DNA of 64,000 nt, taken from the NCBI GenBank assembly GCA_965644495.1, contig CBFFSA010000005.1:620001-684000 (forward strand), in the 5' to 3' direction. This document shows positions 37,216-46,719 of the stretch, in pieces. The notes under the pieces were generated by a model. That model had not been told where the DNA came from. It did not search any database and saw only the letters and a list, made by a program, of their open reading frames with translations. The translations under genes and the position numbers were made by a program. The stretch is from Perkinsela sp. CCAP 1560/9 (lineage: Eukaryota > Protista > Euglenozoa: Kinetoplastea). Numbering within the stretch: position 1 is the stretch's first letter; each line of letters begins with the position of its first letter.

Positions 37216-39689
37216 ATGGCGAAGGCGTCCGGGCCTTGCGAGAATAGTATAGTGAATCTTCTAGTACGGTCCACGTTAGGTCTGGGTGTCCTTTTTGAAC
37301 CAACTTTGGATTTTGATGGACATGCTAAACTTCGCCTGCGTACTGTGATGAGTATATGTAAAATTCTTCGTCCTGGAGACTGCATCGCGCTGTGCTGGCG
37401 ATATGCGGGGGCTGCGGAGTATCGGGTTTGTAGGGGGGATGTCACACATAGAGGTTATGGGTCTCTCTTTCAGCTAGGTCGCTGGCGGGTGAAATACTAC
37501 CGGCGATCGGAAACGCTTCCTTTCCCGCCGTATGACCCACGTATAGTGCTGTGTGGGGTGCGAATTCGGAAACCTCGACGTTCGAATACCCGAAAGAAAG
37601 TACGTAAAAATATGGCACTGTGTGGCAAGCATGCTCTTCGCGACAACGACCCTGAAGGGTCTGCTGTGAGGAAGTATTTATCTATAGGAACTCTTAACAC
37701 GACTTCGTTGAAACTTAAGGGCGACGACGTTTTCAGACTGAAAGCATCCTCCCGATTCCATGAAACATTGCGATATATGGCTCAGAAAGATTTGCATGTT
37801 CTGGCTTTAAAGTAAACAAGATTCTCTTTTACTTCTAGCGGTGGGTCTGACATTTTGCGCAGGCAACTACGGTACGGAGATAAACACTTTTTCATCTACC
37901 TTTTGTCGGCGGTGAATGGGTACAACGGTATGGGGTTTATCTCTCAGCATCCGTTTTTGAAGGTTTGGAAGGTGAGTGACAGGATCATGGGGGCCGAGTT
38001 TACTATAGAAGGGGGGTCGGCCTTTATCATGAATGTATACGGGCCGACGCGCGATTTTTCACAAGATGCAATGGAAGAGTTTGACATTTCTCTCACCACT
38101 GCGTTTCATGACGCAGTTGGTAAATATTCACGACGGCCAGCTCTTCTCCTTGGAGATTTGAATGCACCGCTCACTTTTAAAAATAAGACGGAAGAGGACG
38201 CGCTATCAATGGAAAGATTAGAAGGCCTTTTAGAAGGAATAAATTCTAAATCGGGGCACACCTTATGCCCAAGCCGCCGTAAATATACATGTATACTGCC
38301 GAACGATGCTAAGCGACAGCTCGATCACATTGCAGTTTGTTCGCGCTTTGCGTCTGCCCTACATAAACATCAAGTTTTTGGCGCACCAACACCAACTGTA
38401 CACTTTCTGGTGAGAGCCGAGATCAAGATCAAATGGAAAGTTTCCACAAATACCCACAGAAATAAGATTCCCTGGCTTCAACTTTCTAACCCAGAATATA
38501 GTGAAAAATTTGACAAACGAATCTGCGATCATGTCAATGGCGAACTGCACAACAAGGATTTCCCTTCCTGGGATCTTCTTGCCTCTTGCCTTCGATCGTC
38601 TGGCATGGAAATTCCAAAACCACAAAACAAAATATCTCTTGAAATCCATTCGCCAATGGAAACGCTTGAAGGAGCCGAAACTGGTTATTTGCGCAGAATC
38701 TTTGAGCTAAGCAGAAAGCATAAGGACTTCAATGAATTGGTTTTACAAACACAGGTGCCAATAGAGGAAGCAATAGCCAAATCATGTGATGTCCTGGAAA
38801 CTAAACTAAAGAAGAATCATGCCAGCCCATGGAGAGCTCTGAAAGAAATATGTGGATTTCATCGCGCCGATTTTAAGATTTCAGGGACCTGTAATAAACA
38901 AAAGCTGGCGGAAATCAAATCATTCTTCGAAGCCTTTGCGGGAGACGCCGGGGGGGACACGAATATAAAATTTCCTGAGGCCAAACCATCCCCTAACACG
39001 ATTAACGACTTCACTTTTACGGAAGAAGAGCTTCAAATTGGCATCTCACACTTTGGTATGGGAAAATCGCCAGGCAAAGACGAAATACCAATGGAAGCCT
39101 TGAAATGCATAGCTGGTAACGAGTTACTTCGAGATTGGCTGCTATGTGTCATAAACAGAGTTCACGATACCGGGATGGCTCCGGATGTTTGGGGTGATGT
39201 CTTAGAAGTTCCTATACCAAAAAAGGGTGATTTGGGTCTTCTTAAGAACTGGCGACCTATTTGCTTAGTGAATTGCATCGTCAAACTAATGAACAGTTTA
39301 ATCTTGCAACGAATGAGACCTTATGTGGAGCCCGTGCTTCGCGAGAATCAATATGGGTTTCGACCAGATCGCTCAACAACTCAAGCCCAGGAGATTCTCA
39401 ACGAAGCAAGAGTTAAAGCTTTGCGGGAAAATGGGCAACATTGGTTTCGTGGATTTTGCAAAGGCTTTTCCATCTGTTTCGTTTGATGCTATCAGGGCAT
39501 CTCTGGTAGCATTCCACATTGGCCCCAAGTTAGTAGAAATGATTATGTCGGTCTATCGCAATATGAGAGGCGTCGTTCGTACACTGTACGGGCTAACGGA
39601 AGCTTTCCCCATCACGACAGGAATTCTACAGGGCGACGTTCTCGCACCGTACCTCTTTGTTATGGTCCTGGATCGAATATTATTTAAGG
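37216..39689 (+). pseudogene. LINE family L2: N-terminal domain, APE and RT up to just after QGDVLAP, interrupted by L3
   Basis: ORFs 37216-37815 (stop at the catalytic QET position), 37855-39486 and the first part of 39323..; ends at MVLDRILFKA. Confidence 0.9.
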
Positions 39690-39778
39690 CAAAAGATCAA
39701 GTTTTTTGTAAAGATCAAGTTTTTTGTAAAGATCAAGTTTTTTGTAAAGATCAAGTTTTTTGTAAATTTATTTGCAAA
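39690..39778 (+). repeat. 18-bp tandem array (TTTTTTGTAAAGATCAAG x4) plus hairpin at the 5' end of L3
   Basis: KDQVFC x4 in translation; ttttgtaaa-ttta-tttgcaaaA(TG). Confidence 0.95.
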
Positions 39779-42745
39779 ATGGCGGATGCTTCCGGTGCAC
39801 GCATGCCCACTGCTATTATGAATCTTCTTGCGTGTTCCAAGCTTGATCGGGGGATTCTTTTCCGTCCTGCGAAGGGTGGAACGGAATGTGCTAAACTCCG
39901 CGCGAGGTCGTTAGGACGCATTATGCGACTGCTTTGTTTAGGCGCTAAGCTTGCGGTGGTTTGGAGGTACGCGGATTCATCGAACTACAGTGTTTGGGAG
40001 GGGGTAGTAGAGAGTTGGGTGCCGAGCCGCTGGCTTGTTCGCTACGCTCAGTGTTCGCGATTTACGCTTCCGTTCCCTCCATGTAGTCCTCACATCGTCC
40101 TCTGTGCTGCTCGGGTTTGTGCGCCTAAGCGTAGACGTCGTTTCAAAAAGCGCTCTCGCAAATACAGGGCACAGTCTGGCAAACGTGCTCTCCGTGACTT
40201 GGTGGGCCCTGGGGGCCCCGCTGTGAAGAGAATGTTGAGTGTGGGAACCTTGAACGTGACTACTCTTAAGCTGAAAGGTGAAGACGAGTTTAGCCTACGA
40301 AAGTGCGGACACCTTTGCGAAGTACTTGCCTTCATTGGTCTGAAGGGAATAAATATTCTGGGCCTGCAGGAAACGCGATTCAGATTCCCATCTTCTGAAA
40401 AGTCGGATGTCCTTCACCGCAAAGTACAATATCGGAACGCAGAGTTTCACTTGAACCTCATTCCAGCGCGCGCAAAGGATGCATACAATGGAATGGGATT
40501 CGTCAGCACTTTTCCCTTGTCTAAGGTATCTAAAACCAGTGAAAGGATTATGTCGGGTGAATTTGAGATGGAGGAAGGAGTCGCAACAGTTATTAACGTA
40601 TATTCTCCTACACGCGATTCTAAGGACGTCGAGGTTACGGAGTTCTACGGAGAACTCGAACGTTGCTGCTTGAGAATAAGGGAAAGCAACCCGCGTCGCC
40701 CATTAATTGTGCTGGGCGACTTTAATGCACCTTTGACACATATAACAAATAAGGATCTAGATCCCATTGCGGCCGCCCGTCTTAAAGGACTTTCTTGTTC
40801 TATAGACTGTAAGTCTGCGCACTGTCTTTGTCCAAGTAGTCGGAAATGGACATGCGAATTACCAAACAAAACTTTAAGGCAGTTAGATCACATATTTATT
40901 TGTAGCAGATTTGCATCGGCAATTCAACGACACAAAGTGATCAAGGCACCCATTCCTACTACTCACTGTTGTTTTATAGCCAGAATTAAAATTAAATGGC
41001 GAGTCAGTGATCCCAAAACGAATACGAATCAGCTCTCGTGGATTTCTTTTCGAAATAGTGAGGATAGGAAGAATTTCATCAATAAAGTTCACGACCAATA
41101 TCGAGCAACCTCGAACTCTTGTCGATCATGGAGCGCTCTCGCACAATATATGAAAAATGCTGTAAAAACTTTCAAAAAACCGACGAAACGAAATTTGAAC
41201 AAAGAAGCTGTAAAGGACTCAAAAATACATGATTTGCGCGGTTTATATCACAAGAGCAGAAACAAAAAGGTGTTCAACGCTCTCGTAATGGAGAATAAAG
41301 CGGAAGTTGAAGAGATTATTTCCGACGAATGCTTGGAGATTGAAAAACAGCTTCGTAAAAACCATTCAAACCCATGGAGAACGATTCGAAAGATATGCGG
41401 GCAATATCGTGATACCTTTAGCACGAACGGAAGCTCACGAAATGATAAACTTAACGAAATTCGATCGTACTTCATGAAATTTAGTGGCGCTGATGATGGA
41501 GATCCAAATCTTAGCTTTGAACTGCTGCCGCCGCCGTTAGTACCAATATCCGATGCAGCATTTACAAGCGAGGAGTTAAGCACATCTTTAGAACATTTCA
41601 GAAGAGGAAAAACACCGGGAAGTGACGGAATACCAATGGAAGCCCTTCAAGCTATAGCGGTCCACCCTGATCTGAGATCGCATCTCCTGAATATAATCAA
41701 CCAGGTACACGAAACGGGAGTCACAGAGGAAGCCTGGCGCAACACTCTTCAAATACCCATCCCAAAGAAAGGAGACCTCACTAACATTGAGAATTGGAGT
41801 CCTATACGCGTAGTAAATAGCGTAGTTAAGCTCATGAATCATATGATACTCTCCCGCATTAGACCCAACATTGAAAAGTCTCTTCGGGGTAACCAGTATG
41901 GGTTTCGACCTAACCGAGCGACTTCTGGAGCTCAGATTATCATGAACGAAATAAAAACCAAAGCATTCAGAGGACAAGGCCTTTCTGTAGCTTTTATAGA
42001 CTTTGCTAAAGCATTTCCTTCGGTATCGTTCGCTGCTATTAAAGCTAGTTTGCATGCATTTCGAGTAGGTCCATGTCTTTCTAAGATGATAATGTCTATA
42101 TACGATGAGCTGAAAGGCACTGTACGAACTTCTATTGGAATCACAAAACCTTTCCCTATCACTACAGGAATACTTCAAGGTGATGTATTGGCGCCTTATC
42201 TGTTCGTTATGGTGTTAGATAGAATTCTCAATAAAGCACTAGATGGAAAATCAGACGGGGTTCTTCTCAGCTCTAGGGGTACAAGAAAGCGGGGTCTTCA
42301 TGAAAAGCGCCTGAGTGACATTGAGTATGCGGACGATATAGCGTTATTTAGTGACACGAAGAGTGGTTTGACAAATATGATAGACAATGTAGCTGAAGAG
42401 TCACGCAAAGCTAATCTGAAACTAGCCGTCGGAGCAAACAAGACAGCCTGGTTAACTTTTGGTAAATCTCAAATGAGCAGCGAGAGCCTGAACAGCAAAT
42501 TCTCGGGGATGATTCCGAAAGTTACGTCTTACAAACACTTAGGGCATCGGCAGGAAAATGATTTTACATCTACAGTTAAAGATCGATTGAAACTAGCTTG
42601 GGGATCTCTCTTTCGAATGAATGGTATTTGGTCTTCACCACTTAGCCAGGAGACTAAGCTGCGCCTCTACGATTCAATAGTATCCGGTGCTAAACTTTGG
42701 GACAGGTGCACTTTCTATTTCAAAATCCATGCTCCGAAGAATTGA
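39779..42745 (+). CDS. LINE family L3 polyprotein: N-terminal domain, APE endonuclease and RT (frameshift near 42690)
   Basis: MADASG start; TLNV, GLQET, NVYSP, GDFNA, LDHI..TH (APE); PGSDG, QYGFR, DFAKAF, QGDVLAP, YADD, YKHLG. Confidence 0.92.
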   Translation: MADASGARMPTAIMNLLACSKLDRGILFRPAKGGTECAKLRARSLGRIMRLLCLGAKLAVVWRYADSSNYSVWEGVVESWVPSRWLVRYAQCSRFTLPFPPCSPHIVLCAARVCAPKRRRRFKKRSRKYRAQSGKRALRDLVGPGGPAVKRMLSVGTLNVTTLKLKGEDEFSLRKCGHLCEVLAFIGLKGINILGLQETRFRFPSSEKSDVLHRKVQYRNAEFHLNLIPARAKDAYNGMGFVSTFPLSKVSKTSERIMSGEFEMEEGVATVINVYSPTRDSKDVEVTEFYGELERCCLRIRESNPRRPLIVLGDFNAPLTHITNKDLDPIAAARLKGLSCSIDCKSAHCLCPSSRKWTCELPNKTLRQLDHIFICSRFASAIQRHKVIKAPIPTTHCCFIARIKIKWRVSDPKTNTNQLSWISFRNSEDRKNFINKVHDQYRATSNSCRSWSALAQYMKNAVKTFKKPTKRNLNKEAVKDSKIHDLRGLYHKSRNKKVFNALVMENKAEVEEIISDECLEIEKQLRKNHSNPWRTIRKICGQYRDTFSTNGSSRNDKLNEIRSYFMKFSGADDGDPNLSFELLPPPLVPISDAAFTSEELSTSLEHFRRGKTPGSDGIPMEALQAIAVHPDLRSHLLNIINQVHETGVTEEAWRNTLQIPIPKKGDLTNIENWSPIRVVNSVVKLMNHMILSRIRPNIEKSLRGNQYGFRPNRATSGAQIIMNEIKTKAFRGQGLSVAFIDFAKAFPSVSFAAIKASLHAFRVGPCLSKMIMSIYDELKGTVRTSIGITKPFPITTGILQGDVLAPYLFVMVLDRILNKALDGKSDGVLLSSRGTRKRGLHEKRLSDIEYADDIALFSDTKSGLTNMIDNVAEESRKANLKLAVGANKTAWLTFGKSQMSSESLNSKFSGMIPKVTSYKHLGHRQENDFTSTVKDRLKLAWGSLFRMNGIWSSPLSQETKLRLYDSIVSGAKLWDRCTFYFKIHAPKN

Positions 42746-43856
42746 CGTTGAAGTTAACAACATGAGAAGAATAGTTTGCCAATGCAACAGATTAGATGAA
42801 TACGGAATGAGCTACCCGAATGCTTCTCTGTATCTTGAAACTGAGCGCTTTTCTACTATACACAAGGTTCAGAAGGCCAAGCTCGTCGGGCACATGCTGA
42901 GGCACTCCAGTGATTTTCAAGAGCTTGTACAGTGGAAACAACGCCCGAATGCACGCAATTTATCTCCAAGCGAGGCTTGCTTCAAGGATCTTAACATTAC
43001 ACTGGAAGAGGCATTGGTATTTGCGTCAGACCGTGAACACTGGTATCGTCTGACAGAAAAATTGCGACGTGAACTTGAACCGCTCATAGAATACGAAAAA
43101 ATTAGGTCAGCAAGGTGGAAAACTGCTCTTGCCAAAGCTAAAAAACAAAAAAGTCCTTCAGAATTACAGTTCGTTGAAGAATCAAATGTGCCTTTTCCAG
43201 CCTATAAAGCCATACAAATATATACAGATGGCTCTGTTCTGCCGATGAAAAATACGAAAGAGATTCGAAGTGGCATAGGTATCGTAGTTCTAAAACCACG
43301 ATGCGAACCCTCACGGATATCCATACCATTGGAATCAGACACTATTGAGCGAGTAGAGATCTTAGCTTTTCAGCATGCCCTTCTCCAACTGCCGTCAAAA
43401 CCATGCGCTTGTCTGTTTCATACAGACTCTTACTATCTATGGGACTTCTTTCACAATCTTCGATATCGGCGGCGAATCGTTGGCTACAAGGGGGTTTTAA
43501 ATGGAGATTTGTTCTCCCAGTTAGACGGAAAATTACGGTCCTTAAAACATGATTTGTACTCAATATATATGTGCAAAGTCAAGGGTCACTCAGGAAATAA
43601 ATGGAACGAGGAGGCAGATGGGTTAGCACTGATTGCAGCGCGAAAAGTTCCTCGACCGCCTGAGCAGAAAAAGAGAAAAACAAGTAATGATTCCAACGCA
43701 TCACAAATCGACAAATCCTTGGAAAAGCTGATAAAACATAGAACCTTGGAAAAGGGAAAGACGAAAACCAATCCAGCACCCAAGCGCGGCGCCGAGGCTA
43801 AAGTCACTCTGTGCGGGAAGATTGCGAAAACTGGTGGGAAGAGGGCGCCTTCATAG
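42687..43856 (+). CDS. L3 C-terminal part with RNase HI domain and basic tail
   Basis: IYTDGS, ERVEILA, FHTDSYY, KVKGHSGNKWNEEADGLA: the D-E-D-H-D catalytic set is complete. Confidence 0.9.
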   Translation: MLNFGTGALSISKSMLRRIDVEVNNMRRIVCQCNRLDEYGMSYPNASLYLETERFSTIHKVQKAKLVGHMLRHSSDFQELVQWKQRPNARNLSPSEACFKDLNITLEEALVFASDREHWYRLTEKLRRELEPLIEYEKIRSARWKTALAKAKKQKSPSELQFVEESNVPFPAYKAIQIYTDGSVLPMKNTKEIRSGIGIVVLKPRCEPSRISIPLESDTIERVEILAFQHALLQLPSKPCACLFHTDSYYLWDFFHNLRYRRRIVGYKGVLNGDLFSQLDGKLRSLKHDLYSIYMCKVKGHSGNKWNEEADGLALIAARKVPRPPEQKKRKTSNDSNASQIDKSLEKLIKHRTLEKGKTKTNPAPKRGAEAKVTLCGKIAKTGGKRAPS

Positions 43857-43984
43857 TAAGAGTTGGGCGGAAGACGTGTTTCCACCAGCAGGTTCGGAAT
43901 ACCCTGAGGAAGAGTTCAGGAAGATAAAGGAAAAGTATTGTCTTTTTAAAGGAAAAGTATTAAAGGAAAATTGGATTGGATTGG

Positions 43985-44310
43985 GCGCGGCTCACTGATC
44001 TGAATTATGCTGACGATTTGCTCCTATTTGGGAGCGACAAGGAAGACTCATTTTTCATTCTCCTTCTGAAGCCTGCATGGGCGATATGGGGATCATGGTT
44101 GAACAAGCATTGGTCTAGGGAAAGAATCATACTGCATACGGATTCCTGGATAGTTTGGCATTTTGCAAATGTGATTAGAAAAAAGTATTATTTGATTGAT
44201 TTTGAAGGCCTTCCAAATAGCGATATATATTTGGATCTGGAACACGCTTTTCGAGGCTTAGAAGCGCGTAGTGTGCAGCTTTTTGTTTTTAAGGTGAAAG
44301 GTCACTGCGG
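43985..44310 (+). pseudogene. Internally deleted LINE remnant (YADD followed by RNase H), probably the rest of L2
   Basis: RLTDLNYADDLLLF then IILHTDSWIVW...FKVKGHCGN. Confidence 0.7.
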
Positions 44311-44322
44311 AAATTTCTTTTT

Positions 44323-45244
44323 TAGGCTCTTCGTTAAACGCGGTGGTTGCTTTCAACTTAGAAGTCACTCATGCTGCGCGCTTCGCGTTGAAAACTACCG
44401 CCGCGTTTAACGAAGAGCCTAAAAAAGAAAATTTAGCCTGGAAAACGGAAAGATTATAGCCAAAAATAGCCGAATTTCGGGTACAAATGGGGTCATTTTC
44501 GCATATTTTTGCTCTCAGAGCACTAAATCCGACATTTGCGCGTGGCAAATCACTCGGAGGCATGAATGGAAGCCTACCGAACGTATTGGGTAGAGAATGC
44601 GACTCCAACCATACCATTCTGTCGACACAAAAATGCCCCTTTAGGTCCGAAAAATACTTTTTCACCTTTTTTAGTCAAAAATGGGTCATTTTGGGGGGCG
44701 CACCACAGTTTGAAGAAGTGATACCTTGCGAAAACAACTGCGTAGAAAGCTAGTGTAGGTCCCAAACTATCAAAATACAATAGGGGAAACGATTTTGGAA
44801 AAATAGTTTTTTTGTCATTTTTTTCGCCAAGTTGAAATTTTTTTCAAAAAAAATTTTCCGAAAAAATCCGAACTTGGCGGACCCGTCCTGCCGATACGCG
44901 GGGGGGTCACCCCCGGGTAGGGGGGTGGAAAATGCGCGCCAAGACCCCGGCTACCCGTTCTGCGGTTTTTTTTCGAAAACTAATTTTTTCGAAAAAATTT
45001 GCTCGACCATGCCCCCCCCCCCTGGACCCCCCCCCTGGACCCCCCCCCTGGACCCCCCCCATGGACCCCCCCCATGGACCCCCCATTTTTTTCAAATTTT
45101 TTTTTCAGTTTTGGACCACCGGAGCCCCCTTTTATATTTTTTTCTTCTATTATATTACTGTGTTCCTCTTTATATTTTCACTGTTTTTGTTCACTTTTTT
45201 TTCAATAATCGAGTGTAGAGCGGTAGTTTTACAACCACCGCAAT
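44323..45244 (+). mobile_element. HINE-A, full-length reference copy
   Basis: Large hairpin 44323-44421; small hairpin GCGGTAGTT-ttac-AACCACCGC plus AAT at the end; GCGGTGGTTG present in inverted orientation at the two ends. Confidence 0.75.
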
Positions 45245-45604
45245 ATTTACAACGATAAGTGCGATTTAATAGCCAAAGCAGCTCTTTCGCGCAACTCTTC
45301 GAAGAAAAAGCGCAAAACCTCCGCCGCGACAAGCGAAGGTCAAAATTCTGATCTCCTTTCCGAGCCTGGCATGCCAGAGGTAGCAAGGACCCCTAACACC
45401 AGTGCCAATCGCCGCCGCGGTAGTCTACGTGACGGGAATCAAACAGCCCAAACAAAGCGTCGCCCCCGCTAGAAACCACGAAATGCGGCCACCTACCAGG
45501 GCAAGAGAACCGTGAGCTTTATGCAGTGAGGAATGTATTGGGGGGAAATTTCCACTTGAAAAATAAGTTGTTCGAAAGTGATATGAGGAAATTTAAGAAT
45601 GAAT

Positions 45605-45808
45605 ACCCAGATTGAAAGGGGCGAGGGAGATACGAAGCAACAGGCGTGGAAGATTACCACTGAAAAGAAATGGTATCTCCCTGCACGAAGTTTGTCTCCG
45701 AGCTAGCAAGCGCAAAGGCTTTTCTCGTGCGGGGAGATACCATTTCTTTTCAGTGGTAATCTGCCACGCCTGTTGCTTCGTATCTCCCTCGCCCCTTTCA
45801 ATCTGGGT
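45605..45808. repeat. Large hairpin (~75-bp arms) of the GGGAGATAC terminus type
   Basis: acccagattgaaaggggcgagggagatacgaagcaacaggcgtgg...ggtatctccc / ggggagatacc...cgtatctccctcgcccctttcaatctgggt. Confidence 0.85.
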
Positions 45809-46013
45809 TATACGGAGGGCCGTTCGAGGCGGTGCAGACCCGCTGGCGCGGGTGGTGCTTTACCTCGTGACAAGTGATCTTGAAGGAAACAAGCTTCTGA
45901 AATCTTTTTTTTGAGGGGCCCGCCCGGCTAACATTTTGCCTCTGGGAGGTCTATGTTCGATTCTACTTACGTCTTGTTTATGTTAAGCATTGAGCCCCTT
46001 ATGTTGTACTTTA

Positions 46014-46443
46014 GGGCGGTGCGAGTGTAGTTGGTAGACGGTGGGCCTTACAACCTGCAGGTTGTTGGTTCGATTCCCGCTATCGACAAAACTCGTTACC
46101 TGGCGGCCTCACTAAAAAGGGAAAGCGATCAGGAGTGCCTTCAAGGCCCACACCCAACCCCGCTCCCCTGGAGGACCGACCCTGAACCGTCGAGCTGAAC
46201 CAGGCTCCAGCGCAGCCGCTAAATTGCGAGCTGCCTACGCAAAGGAGGCTTGAAACACAGCCTACACGATGCAACGGGGTGGACGCCCGTCCTGGTAGCT
46301 ACGGTTTGGTAGCCGTGCTCTGGCAGCAAGGCGTCGAGTGCCGTCTTGGAAGGGGGTAGCAAGACGATGAAGGTCGGTCACCTGAGACTCTACCCTAACG
46401 GTTGGCGCTGCAGAGCCCTCTGTGTCTGTGTGTCTGTGTCTTC
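46014..46443 (+). mobile_element. SINE S2: tRNA-like head, (TC/TG)-rich tail, 12-bp TSD
   Basis: Head 46015-46088 with tagttgg and GGTTCGATTCCC; TSD tgttgtacttta at 46002-46013 and 46444-46455. Confidence 0.8.
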
Positions 46444-46719
46444 TGTTGTACTTTAATAATGCAAAAGTGCACCTATGGGCACGTTCACCGGCTCAGTGAG
46501 ACGGAACCGAGGTTCCCCCAACACTACCTTACACCAGGTCTTGCATACGGAACATTTCGTTCGTTGACAGTTCTTTATGTATCTCTGCTTGGTTAGCCAA
46601 CAGGCATTAAGCTCAGACGCCACGTCAAGGCGAGAGATAATTGTCTGAGGACCCTCTTCTCACGAAGAAGGTATTCAAAATGAATGTGATTTTCGTATCA
46701 ATTTACTCTAATTTCTTTT

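Noticed and set aside
39323-42745. A single 1140-aa protein with two RT segments
   Set aside because: It is an in-frame fusion across a nested insertion; the true L3 start is 39779.
44323-44421. HINE-A hairpin as an integron attC site
   Set aside because: GTTAAAC and GTTTAAC are in the reverse order to attC (RYYYAAC...GTTRRRY); there is no integrase or cassette ORFs.
46388-46400. ACCCTAAC as a telomerase RNA template
   Set aside because: Only 8 nt, inside a TSD-flanked SINE; no other supporting elements seen.
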